Shown in pieces: positions 26,061-38,026 of a DNA stretch of 64,000 nt; the first letter of the stretch is position 1; each line of letters begins with the position of its first letter. The notes beneath the pieces were generated by a model. That model was not told the DNA's origin and made no database searches. It saw only the letters and a list, made by a program, of their open reading frames with translations. Source of the DNA: Adineta vaga (Eukaryota; Animalia; Rotifera); assembly GCA_021613535.1 (NCBI GenBank), contig CP075493.1, positions 11,594,001-11,658,000 on the forward strand, in the 5' to 3' direction. The position numbers and the translations under genes are program-made.

Positions 26061-26396
26061 CTATAGCATCTTGCGATCTTTGCGACGACATTTGCATAGA
26101 CCAGCTTCACAAGATTCAGCTCCCACGGAACCACAAGCAGCACCTGCTCCAGCACCGATAACAGCTCCACCAATAGTACTAAGAGTAGCACCTCCCATTG
26201 CAATTAAAATACCAGTAGCACCGATGGGACCTAAAATGCTCACAAGAAACACAGAAACGCAGGCAAGAGCGCCTATACTTAAAGCGCCAGTTGCAGCACC
26301 TCTGCGAGCACCAGCACAAGCGCTGTGATCACGACATTTTCCACATTTTGGACAACGACGACCATCACACGTTAGTTTTTCGGTAGTTAATGGCAT
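26061..26396 (-). CDS. Small protein: Cys cluster, Gly/Ala-rich hydrophobic (glycine zipper) core, Cys cluster
   Basis: GC-elevated 111-aa ORF: CDGRRCPKCGKCRD...GxxxG repeats...CEAGLCKC. Confidence 0.75.
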   Translation of the reverse strand: MPLTTEKLTCDGRRCPKCGKCRDHSACAGARRGAATGALSIGALACVSVFLVSILGPIGATGILIAMGGATLSTIGGAVIGAGAGAACGSVGAESCEAGLCKCRRKDRKML

Positions 26397-27052
26397 CGAT
26401 GCTATTAATATTGATCGTTGATCTTCAAATAAACAGAGTGTATTATCAATAGAAAATGAATTAGTTTAGTAAATGAATTACTGTCATCGAAGATTATCAA
26501 ACAGTGAGCATTAAATACTTTCTATAGATAGATGATCAAAGATTCTCAGACGTCATCAAATGTAAGAACTCTCACATTGATTGTTATCATATGAGAAATT
26601 TTCAGTAGTACAATAAATAATTTAATGTACACTAGAAGCTCACCTATCTGGAATATGGAATAGAACAAATTGTACTACCATCCTTTTATCAGCATACTTT
26701 CTTATTCAATGCGAGAGCCATGTATTTGAATATGTAACACAAATTGTACATGTATTTTATAGAAGGTTAGAAGTTGTGAAAAAAATGATGTCACTTTTTA
26801 AATATTCATGCGCCTACTACACATTTTTTTTCTTCCTTCGTATTACTCATCACATTTCATTCGCATGAAGAACACATGTTCGATGCGATTTACTCATATG
26901 ACCTTATAAATATAATTACAATACAAACATGTTTGCAATCAATTAGTGACCTCACAGTTTGTAATGAAAAAATCATGATCAGAGAGAGACGTGTATCGCT
27001 AATATTCACGCCCTCAAAATTGTTCTGATACATAGAAATATTTTATCTATTT

Positions 27053-28276
27053 CTATTTGCGCAAATCAAAAATAATTTTCCGAGCTAACCGATTATCAAA
27101 AAGTTCATAGGCTTTAACAGCATCCGACAAGTTCATACGATGAGATATAAAATTCGTGAAAAGATGTTGTTTTTTAGAGAAGAGTTCGAGTGCTTCGGGA
27201 AAAAGACCTCGAACTGGACAACGTCCAAATTGTAAGCGTACATTCTTGTCATAAGCATCAGGACCTTTGAATGGAAAAGCATTTAACTGTACGCCAACAG
27301 AAGCAATAACACCCCATGGACGAATAAGATCGTAGGCTAATCGGAGTGCATCTGCATGTCCGACTATTTCCATGACAGCATCAGCTCCACGACCTTCAGT
27401 AGCTTTCTTAATGATACTGATTGGATCATTGTTAAGATTGATAGAAATAGCACCATGTTTCTTCGCTTCCTCTATGGCAAACAAATCGATTCAATTTAAA
27501 AAAATATATAAAGACGTATGACTTACCAAGACGTTCTTCCACACTGTCTATAGCATACACAATTGGGAAACGTTCACACGCTGCAGTAATGGCACATAAG
27601 CCAACGGGTCCACATCCTACAACTACTGCGGTCAGATTAGGATCGTCACGTTCCTTTTCACTCAATAAAGTCCAGGCATTCTTAGCAGCAAAATATCCCG
27701 TAGGAAATATGTCACCCATAAGAACCATTAAATCATCGGAAATATTCTTTGGAACTGGAAATGCTGTCGAATCTTAAGAGAAAGAATATCTTTATTGTTT
27801 ATTCACTTATAGGAAATCTTACCAGCAAAAGGAATTCGTACATATTCTGCTTGACCGCCATTAAGCAATGGTGATCCAAATAATTGAGACGTTTCACACC
27901 GTGAAGTAAGCGCTTTTCTACAATAGAAGCAAGTACCACACGATGTAGAAAACGGTACAACAATCCTATCTCCCATCTTGAATTGTTTTACATCTGATCC
28001 AACTTCAATAACTTCTCCAAAAAACTCATGACCCTAAAATTTACAAAATTGTTATCATAAATTAAAAACCAAACTAACTATTCTATTTACCATAATGAAA
28101 TCAGTTTCACTCGGTTCATGTCCTCGATAAACATGCAAATCAGAACCACATAAAGCAGTTATGTGAACTTTAATCACCACATCTGTAGAATCTTTACAAG
28201 TTGGGATAGGACGATCTTCAATGATGATTTCTCGCACACCCTTGAATACAACAGCTTGCATAGTAGAGGAAGACAT
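27053..28276 (-). CDS. Zn-dependent alcohol dehydrogenase (MDR, FDH-like, microbial type), 3 introns
   Basis: [25 protein letters not shown]...[30 protein letters not shown] and [12 protein letters not shown]. Introns ~28034-28090, 27773-27822 and 27472-27526. Confidence 0.93.
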
Positions 28277-28974
28277 TTGATTTTACGACCACAACGAAAA
28301 ACGAATGAATAAGTGAATTCGATACTAGTTTATCTTATTTATGCTTTTCGCAACAGTAGAAGAAGAAAAGAAAGACAAATTTCCTTTGTTCTTTGTCCCT
28401 ATACTCTAATGAAAATAGTTAGGTTGAGATTGATAAGAAGATAAAAAAAAAGTCGAGGGTGAAAGTTATCGGTAATGGGAAGCATCGAATTTGTAGTTAG
28501 GATTAAATTTAAGATCATATACAGAATCTGCCAGATTTTAGTATTATTTTATTCGCTGAATTCAAAAATAAGTAGTCGTGTCATGTCATTAGTTTTTGTA
28601 TAATTGATTTATTTGAAATGTGATGATATATTTCTCATACAAATGAGTTATATCCGATGCATATTATATTTACAAGTAGAATTGTCACGTTAGTATTCTC
28701 TTACTCGCACATGCGAAGCTGTTAACTTATATTCTAATCACGAAGGATCATAAATATAGTCCTAGATAGGACCATTCTCATGTGCTGACATCTATAGTTA
28801 AAATAACTGTATGTCTATGATCTCAATTTTGACTTGAGATTTTGCCCAAAAGTAGATCCTAGAGTCATTGGATCAACCAACAAGAATGTTTTCTTCATAC
28901 TATATTACGTGTTGGAGAAACTGATTTTACTATCTTTTTTCTTTGTTTATAGAATATTGAATCAATAATCTCAT

Positions 28975-28989
28975 CACACCCACCCCTCA
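28975..28989 (-). repeat. Telomere-like tract
   Basis: Plus strand reads cacacccacccctca. Confidence 0.4.
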
Positions 28990-29611
28990 GCGTGTGCAAG
29001 ATCTTTTTATTGTTATTCAAAATCGTAAACAAAGACCTACATATTGCTAAAAACATACGATACAACATTGTTTTAGCTGCTTATATAAAAGCACTACTAG
29101 TGAATGCTTGATTTGCTGAACGACATCTTCATAGTACAACGTTTAAAATGGCATCATGCCTTCGGTTTATACGTATCATCGAAATTAGTTGTCGATCGAA
29201 GCGCAGATATCCGAGATAAACAACATTTATGAGGTAATTACCCGTTATCAGAACGATAAGTTAGCGGATCTGGTATATAGTCTCTCTATATTTTGTTTTA
29301 AAAGTTTTTTGTTGTACTAGAATATACCGACAGTGCTGAATTCCTCATGAAATTGAACCGTGAACCTTTTGTGACAATATTTATTTGTCAATTGATCGTA
29401 CATAAAACAATCATCGTGAGAACGAGAGTATATTGATGAAAAATAGTTCAAATATTATTTTTAATATCGTTAATAAATGAATATAGATACTAAGAAGATT
29501 TTAATGAAAATACATAACATGACAATAGAAACAAAATTCGCAACAACTGGAATAAAATAATGTATATGAGAGAGTCTATCTTCAGTGTCATTTTGGTATT
29601 GATTGCCGTCA

Positions 29612-30696
29612 CTATTTTGTTGCTCTTCTGACAAAGAATCGATGATAGAAGTTGATAGATAGTTTTTTGGGTTCTTGTCGAAATATTTTAGCTGTCAATG
29701 TATAAATGTAAAAACCTGCACAATTGGGAACGTAAAATAAAATTAATACTATTTCAAAGTACAACGAGTCTCGAGTTTGTTGGATAACGTCTTTCGACCA
29801 ATCAGATGATATTACTCCATATACCTTTAAATAAATATTTCAAAATCTATTTATAGTTTAATTAGAACAGATCATACCTGATAAACTCCTGCAGGTAGAC
29901 TAAAAATAACATTGACTAGCACTTGAAAAAGTAACATATGTAGAATGTATCGATCTTTTCGATGAACATATCCACGACCTATTACTGGATGAATTTGTCT
30001 TTGTATTCTTCGAACATTGATAATCGTAAGCAAACCAAGAATGGCCATGAGAATTGGTGGTAAGAGATAATTAAGAATGATTGAATACAAACTCATGAAG
30101 ACTTTATAACCACTGTTTTCAATGTAACAAAAAGCATAATTAGCTTCTACTATGATAGTCGAACCAATTATAGCATGAATGGAAAAAATTGTCCAGAATA
30201 TGAATACAATAGCTACCAATCGATAAGCAAAATGTGTTTGACTCCATAGACGTGTTCTTGCGTTTAATGAACTTAACATTAATCGATCCAAGCAAGCCAA
30301 AAGAATAAAATTTGGTGTTAAAATACCCGTCACACATGCAACGTAGAATTTCAACTTGCAAAATATTAAGGATGTTGATGATGGATCAATATTATAACCT
30401 ATAGAATTGAAGTTCATGTATAAAATATTAATTATTATTTATAGAAATTTACCTAGAGCAAAATAGGTTAGAAGAATGGAACAATTAATGAAAATCAATC
30501 GTGTACATGAAGCAGCAAGAAAATAGATGACACAAGAATTTGTTCGAAATGTACGTCGAACGAAAATGATAATATTCAAAATTTCACCAATATTACCAAA
30601 AATTAATAAGATTGGTATTGTTATTTGAGCAAGAGAAACCTTAACCGACAGAATAGCTTGGATGCTAACATATATTTCAGTAGATGATGTTGCCAT
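29612..30696 (-). CDS. Orphan rhodopsin-like GPCR, 3 exons
   Basis: FGNIGEILN (TM1), FCKLKFY, LACLDR (TM3), YLLPP (TM5) and FSLP (TM6). Exon 3 has GFYIYTLTAKIFRQE and stops at 29612. Confidence 0.9.
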
Positions 30697-31827
30697 GAAG
30701 TAATTTGTCTTTTGTGCAAATAACTGCTATCCTGTGAATATGTTAAAAGTATGTTCGATACGTTCATTGATAAACTCGGTTTTATCTCGGAAGGTCTTGG
30801 TATCATTACATTTCATTACCGAACATGAAATTTTGTCATGCTATGTGATATAAATTAAATATTTATATCACTCTTTGCTATAAAGTCAATAAAAAATGCT
30901 TTTATATAATTCATCCTAGTTCAACTACATTAAAAACGCTACACGAATATAGATTTGTTTGCTTATAATGTGAAATACAGGCAATGCAAAAAGTCAAGGG
31001 AAATTGTAATTTTCGTTTTTCTTGCAAGATTTGAGAGTAGGTTGAGTTGTTGATTGTAAAGTATCTTCTACTACAAAAATGTTGATAGATCAATTTTGTA
31101 AATCTATCTAATTTTTTCGGGTAAATGATAGAGCTAAATATTCTATTTCATTTAACTCATTATATCTGGTTACATAAAAGACTACATCGTTTCTATTTTG
31201 ATTGATGTTCTGTGACGAGAAAAAGTTGCCTTTACTGCTACCATAGGAAAGAGAAGAAGGTCATTTACAGATAACATGAGTACATCTCACAATGAAAGCT
31301 AATGTGAACGTACTTTAAACCCTTGTTTTTAGAAAACTTAGATCATAATACTTTTTTATTTATGTAAAGATATTAATTGAAAATGTTGAAACATCTAAAA
31401 CGCCATCTTTCGTACGTTTTATCCTATGAAAAACATGTATGTCCATATTTTACTTCGATATACTGTCAGAAACTATGGAAATGCGTCATAATGGTATATT
31501 TTGTCTATAAAAAAAAAGCACATTCTCACAAAAAGGAAGAAACGAAAAGAATAATAACACATCATGTGTGTTTTCTATACAGTATCGAGTTGGGCTGAAT
31601 GGTTCATTAGTACTGTTTATGTAGTGTTGTCTTTTGCATTTTATGAATAATCATAGAAAAGATACTCTTAAATTAGCAGCATTAATAGAAATGAATAAAA
31701 AAAGAAAGTTTTATGATGTTCAACTAAGTGTATAGGAAGTCAGGCGGTTTTTTCTACATTACTATGCTTTTTTGATAGTCTTCTCGACTTTCTTCGTACT
31801 TTTTTTAGATTTGTTTTTCCAGACAGA

Positions 31828-32526
31828 ATGGCTCAAGCGGTAGCGCTGATCTGGTATTGGTCCTTAGTTATTTTACCATTCACAGCCATGATTACATTTA
31901 TTTCAACATTAATAGTATGTAGACAAGTCGTTCAGAATATTTGGTCTGAAACAAATCTACCCTACATCTCACAACTTGGAATTGGTCTAGCATATCCTTA
32001 TTTCGTATTTGGTTTTGTTATCTTATGTCTACAAATGGTATTGATTCTCATTGGTCGATTACAGTATCTTTTTCGATCTCAATCTGTTATTCATCGTGTT
32101 ACTCTGTGTACCATTCATGCTATTGCATTTATCTCGGCCATATTTCTTCTCATTATGACTATCGTTAGCTTAGATCATAATGTCTATCTTCATATCATCA
32201 GTGCATTTGGAATGTTTGGATTTATTTCATTGTATTGTTTGTTACATAGTATCGTTGTTTTTTATCTTTATTTACGAAGATCAATCGTTCCTCTCCATTC
32301 AAATATTCTTTGGCCTATATGGTTTTTTAGCTGCGGTGTATTGCTCACTATTTTTGCTAGTATTTGGATCTTTAAAGGTGCTGTCATTCCGCAGTATATT
32401 GCTGCTGGTATGCCTTTCCTCTATATTCTTGGATTTGTACCACAATTTTGGATGCAAGCAAAAACAAAGCTGAAACGAGACGATTCATACACACAAGTAC
32501 ATTACACAAATACAATGAACTTATAA
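31828..32526 (+). CDS. Frag1/DRAM/Sfk1 (TMEM150-like) multi-pass membrane protein
   Basis: About six hydrophobic segments, LPYISQLG motif and LHIISAFGMF. Confidence 0.75.
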   Translation: MAQAVALIWYWSLVILPFTAMITFISTLIVCRQVVQNIWSETNLPYISQLGIGLAYPYFVFGFVILCLQMVLILIGRLQYLFRSQSVIHRVTLCTIHAIAFISAIFLLIMTIVSLDHNVYLHIISAFGMFGFISLYCLLHSIVVFYLYLRRSIVPLHSNILWPIWFFSCGVLLTIFASIWIFKGAVIPQYIAAGMPFLYILGFVPQFWMQAKTKLKRDDSYTQVHYTNTMNL

Positions 32527-32868
32527 AGATCGTTTTTATTTTATTTATCTTCAAATAAACCTTCTCAAAGGTACTTAATATGAGACACTATCCTTAAGAT
32601 GATCTATATCGTGTTGTGTGTATATCGGACTATTTTCTTCTTCTTGTGAATTGAATTTCGAGATAAGAAAGAAAAAGGCAGAATTCTGATTGAATTTATA
32701 ACACTGTTTACTTGTTATTTTTACATTTTTATGAGATTGAAACAGCTATACGAAAATTCAATCAAGCGAAGTCCAATAAATAAATATATATTGTATTTTT
32801 GAATAAAGAATATATTTAAGCAATAAATCATTTTGCTCTGCTTTCATTCTTTAACAGAAGAAAGAGTA

Positions 32869-33896
32869 ATGAATATAGTTGAAGAAATTTCACTGAATTC
32901 TGGTTCCCTTGATTTTAACCATCGATCTACACCGGAAACTAGTGAATGTCAATCACCATATTTGTCCATTAGTAGTATTCATGAGAATCATTCTCCAACG
33001 GAAAATAATCAAATAACAAGGTAAGATATACTCATTGACATAGGCAAAAACTCTACTAGAAATTCCTAGTGATACACCTCCTAATCATAATCAATATTCG
33101 ACTTTAAAATTATCAACATTATTTCAAGGTTTAACTGTCGGTCTGCTAGTGGGTGGTTTGATTTTAGCTATTGTTCTTTCAATGTGGTTAACTTTACCAC
33201 AGGAAACTGTTTCGTCAAAAACATCACTTAGTAGATATATTTTATTATTTATTATGTTCTAAGAAGATCTGATTTGTTTATTTTATAGCTATTAAGTCAA
33301 CGGGTAAGTCTTTTATTGATATCTTTCATACTTTAAAAATACTTTTTTTTTGTCAGCGACAACAACAACTGGTGAGTATTGTTTTTGTTTAATATGATGA
33401 TTCATTTGTTTTTCTTTCTTGGTGAATAATAGCATTTCAATGTTTATCTCCTATCACTTCAATCTTGGAATCATATACAAAGACGAATTGTTTAAAGAAT
33501 AATTGGCATACATTTACAAAATATTTTTCAACTTCATATACAGGCATGCAAACACTCGTCTTTTCTTTCGTTAATATTAAACATGCTGAGATGTATTTAA
33601 CTAATATCAAAGTATACAACAATAGTAATGTTCAACTTTTAATTAATGGAGATTTTTCTTCATCATCGGGATTATTACCAACAAATTGGTTAAAATGTTC
33701 AGATTTTGGACAAGTTGCATCTATGTGTACTGTTAACGCATCTATTGCCTGTTATACAATATCAGTACAAGGTGGTACAATTTCACAATCATTTGCAGTA
33801 GTATTCGGTACAAATTATACCATGCAATTTGATCTCTATCACACTTCTACAACTGGTAATTCTGATCAAATCGCTTTAGATGTCTCTATTGTCTAA
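32869..33896 (+). CDS. Type II membrane protein with Thr-rich stalk and beta-sandwich (CBM-like) ectodomain, 5 exons
   Basis: Exons 32869-33020, 33070-33230, 33289-33303, 33357-33371 and 33433-33896 splice in frame. TM GLLVGGLILAIVLSMWL; LLINGDF and ISQSFAVVFGTNY. Confidence 0.75.
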
Positions 33897-34169
33897 AAAC
33901 AATTACTCGAAGAAACGTTTTGTTTTTCTACAATAACAATTATAACGGTACAGGGAAATGACATACCCATTTGTCAAACTGATGTTAACATTTAAAACCT
34001 GCAAAGCTTGTTCAAACCTTCCAGCATGTTTTCTGCATTTGTACTATAGTTAGATCTTTTGCATAGTTGTAATGAAATAAGTATCATCTTTGAAGATTTA
34101 TTATTAAGTGAAGAAAAAAATCGAAACAACGGTTAGATAAAATCGTCAAACATTGTATATAATCATTTT

Positions 34170-34458
34170 TCATGCATTACAAAGGTTCGTCGTGCAAGCA
34201 TGTACGGCCAGGAGGTGGGCTTGCACATGTAGCTCCTTTAGCACCAGCTTTCATCAAAATATTATTACCAATAGTCCATGACTATAACATAAGAAAAATT
34301 TCGATTGATTTAGTTATTACATTCACAGCAAATATACATACATAACAAGCATCAAAACCAGTTTTGACAAGATATGCATTAGGAACTCCAGCATAACAAT
34401 CGATACTTAAGGCAACAGTAGCTACCGCTATAGAAATAAGCAATGAAACAGTGAGCAT
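34170..34458 (-). CDS. Small secreted Ly6/three-finger-like peptide, 2 exons, apparent +1 frameshift near 34197
   Basis: Signal peptide, then IDCYAG...DACY; exon 2 reads ...ATCASPPPGRTC and, after a 1-nt shift, CTTNLCNA* (CCxxxxCN). Confidence 0.7.
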
Positions 34459-35226
34459 AGTATAAAAATCGTACGTAGATCTTACCAAGAACAATAGCAA
34501 TAATGAGAAGAAGTTTAGTCATGGTGGTATTTATATAAGTGTGAATAACCTAAAAATGAAACAAAGTAAAATATATAAGAAGACAATTGTCACAAAATTT
34601 CATGAATCGTATTTTACTTGCGAATTCGTATGGTATTCTTGTGAAGTATTTCAAAAAAATCAAAATATTTATAGCTGAAATATCGAATAAATATACGTCA
34701 TAAAAGAAAACGGACACAATAATGAAAAGCTTTCATGTCAATATGTGTTGCAAAACAAAAGTGTCAGGTAATATGAAGATAAATATAGAAATCGATAGCA
34801 TCGCTTTTTAGTCTGTTTCGAATGCGTAATCGAATTTTGAGCTTATACTGCAAAATGATATCAATATCAAAAAATGGAGGGTGTAACCAGAATTTAAATA
34901 AAAAGAAAACGAATCTAAAGTTACCGATGGACGTGAGTAAAGCTAATATGACTTAAGATCGGACTGGTTTGCATACATACTGAAATTATTTTGTTTTTCA
35001 ATATAAAACTAATATTAAATCGTGTCTTGAAAATAAATAGATGTCAATAAGATTGAGAGTCAATATCGACGTTTTCTTCGTTGCATAGTTATACATACTC
35101 ATATTCATCTTTCACAAGAAAAGAAAGAAAGTAATCCATTCAATCCCTTTCTCATTCTAAAACGTCATGATAGTAACATTAAAAAAATAAGTAAAAGTTA
35201 TACTCCATACTTTTGATACATTGACT

Positions 35227-35730
35227 ATGAATCGATGGATTTTTCTTTCAATTTTTTTTCGTAATGAGTTTATACCAATTGCATTGATTTATCGTGGTCC
35301 TGCTGCATGTAAAGGTTGTTCGGAGTCTGTATTCAACCCGGTGGTGGTGGTGGTGACCTTGATCCAAGTTAGCCAATGTTCGTCAATATGCATCATCGAT
35401 TCGTAAATATGTCAAGAAGGGACGAAGATATCTTGGTATATGTCTTGGTGGTTATTTGATTGGAACTGAGCCAGGTTTCGATCTTCTTCCAAGTTCAGGA
35501 CAAACAGATCAATATATTACGTCAAAAGCTGCTGTTATAAAAGACAGAAATTGATACTGTAGTTCCATTTCTTTAGCGAGAAAAACTATGATCTACGGAA
35601 AGATTGCTGCTGCTGCTGCTGCAGTACACCACGTTGGCAACGGACGCGTAGATATGGTTGGACCTCATCCAGAAGCTGATGAAGAATAGTTTGCAATGTA
35701 TAAACTCAAGAATCCTGATGGAAAAATGAG
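35227..35730 (+). pseudogene. BPL_N (biotin-protein-ligase N-terminal / class I GATase-like) secreted protein, microbial type, degraded
   Basis: ALIYRGPAACKGCSE, PGGGGDL, RYLGICLGGYL, GFDLLP..GQTDQYI and GNGRVDMVGPHPEA, with stops, frameshifts and deletions. Confidence 0.78.
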
Positions 35731-36097
35731 TTTCGATTTTTTTTTCTATAATCTTGTCGATATGTTAATGAAATAATCGTACATGACGTATAGATACAAA
35801 TAAATCACGAATACTTTTTTCTCTTTTTTCAAATCGAATATATGAGAATGGTTCATTTGATCGTGCATTTCTTAATGAATGCTACTGTTTATATATACCG
35901 ATTTGCCTATGAGAGATTTCGACACTCAATATCCAGTTCCTGCACGCTTACAAAGAAGTGGTGATATCGTATTACACTCGCATTCTTATTTTTGTAAGAC
36001 AGTTTGACCAATATTTACTTGTTCTTTTTGTGATCGAGATTACTCAATAAGTATGTAGCTTCATCTTCAATCAGACTTTGAAATAGTTTCATTTCCT

Positions 36098-36500
36098 ATG
36101 AAATTAAATGGTTTTTCATTAGAATTTATGCTTAATAAATTGATTTGTCGTCTAGTTTCTTCATATGCAGGCAGATTTCAAGCAGAAACACAGATTAATA
36201 TACTAAATAATCGTTGGTTTCATGTTACATTAACCTATTCTTCAAAATATCAGTTATATATCAATAGAAGTCTTCATCCATTTGTCGCCGTTGAGAAAAC
36301 ATTGAATAGAAATAAATGATATACATATTCATTTTATTTGATTGATAATGGATATGTGTATTTTACTCAGTCAAGCGAAGGTAAATTTTCATCTGTAGCT
36401 AGATTTGTTGATATTCGAATCTAGTCATATGCTTTATCTCTCTATGAAATTCATGGTATTATTAATCGAAAAAAATGTATAGAACATCTGAATATGGGTA
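36098..36500 (+). pseudogene. LamG/concanavalin-like domain fragment
   Basis: NNRWFHVTLTY...LYIN, followed later by DIRI*SYALSLYEI. Confidence 0.5.
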
Positions 36501-36775
36501 AATATTTAATCAATAAACGCATACGTAGATACTATATACTGACTTAGAAATAATCCGGTTGTATCTGAAAAAAAAATTCTATTCATACGTAAAAAATATA
36601 TAATCGGTTTGATTTCGATACTTCGATAAGCTTTTTAGCTAAAGGCTTTTCATTTTATAATTAATTACTATGTATACTATGAAAGGAGAAAAAAAGCCCT
36701 ATAAGTATCAATGAATAATCACAATGTTGTCTATAAAAGCCAGATACTAATATTGAAAGAAATATTGTCATCATC

Positions 36776-37074
36776 ATGTTTCCTGTCGTGATTCTTATCA
36801 TCTCTATGCTCACCATCAATCATGGTTATACAGCATTTTATGTATGTGATTGTTATTGTCCAAATAAACACACACTTATTGGACGAGCTACATCATTTTC
36901 ATGTTCTTCATCAGCTTGTTTAGTTGCATGTTTAGCTAAATATTCTGATTCTCGTGGATGTTCATCTGCAAAGACACTTTATGGGTAAACGCTAAAAGAA
37001 ATATAGAAAACAAAAACCCATGTATTTATAATTAAATTCATTTGTTTAGATCTTGTGGGAAAGGATTGGCATGA
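36776..37074 (+). CDS. Small secreted 8-Cys peptide, 2 exons
   Basis: Signal peptide and CDCYC...C....C...C....C. Intron ~36985-37049, then GSCGKGLA*. TATA-like ctataaaag at ~36731. Confidence 0.75.
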
Positions 37075-38026
37075 CAACATACTATAGTTTCATATTAATT
37101 TTAATCTTCAAAAAATTAAATCAACATATGTCTTTATTAATTTCGAATGAACTGTTTTTAGAAGTTGTGCTTTTCAAGGTTTTAAATTCACAATAAATAA
37201 AGATTGTTTCAAGCTGACATCTGTGTGGGAAAATTCCCAGTTCGATTTTTTATAAAAACTCGACATTGTGTACAATTGTTTTGATTGACAGCTGAAAACT
37301 TAATGAAATATTTATTTAGAAATAATTGCTTTCTTTTTTTTAAATAAATGATTTTTTCTTGCGTTTATATGTGATTACTGTTCTTCAATTTACTCATTTC
37401 TTTGCTTATACGACTTTTTACTGATCTTTTTAATATTTTTTCATATAAGTTGTAGATAGAACTTCAAAACTTGAGATTCCATTTTCAATCTTTTCGTGTA
37501 AAACTATCTGTCCAATTATTTGTGATTGTGAGCCTGTCTGCAAGGCTCTGGAGTGATGTTTATCAAAAAGAACAAGCAAACGAGAGAAAGAATGTTATCG
37601 AAGATAGCATTCTTTCTCGAAAAACAAAAGCGAAAGAGAAGCCTGGAACACTACATGAGTAGAAGAATAAAGAGGAATGTATCCAGACGTGATGTGATAG
37701 AGAGGAAGAGCGAAACAGTAGCGAGGACGCTCGTCATCGCTAACAGTGATTTCATGGAAAAAATCGTTAGGATCTGCTGTATGCACGTAAACAACATTGT
37801 CATTCTCACGATATCTGATAAGGATCGAAACGCGTCGTAGTTATCTCCATTTTTTATATTCAGTATAGCTGTATACTATCACATCGTATGAGAAAAGTGG
37901 GTAATTTATTTTCGTTTCGATAGTTTTTTCTATCTATATGAGAAGCGTCGACTGCAAAAGAAACATAATCTTTTGATTTTTTTTATAGTCGAACACATTT
38001 TCACAGAGCAATTAAAATTCTAACAA

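Noticed and set aside
37471-37840. Overlapping short ORFs in a purine-rich stretch
   Set aside because: No motifs; more likely promoter or 5' UTR of the 38027 gene.
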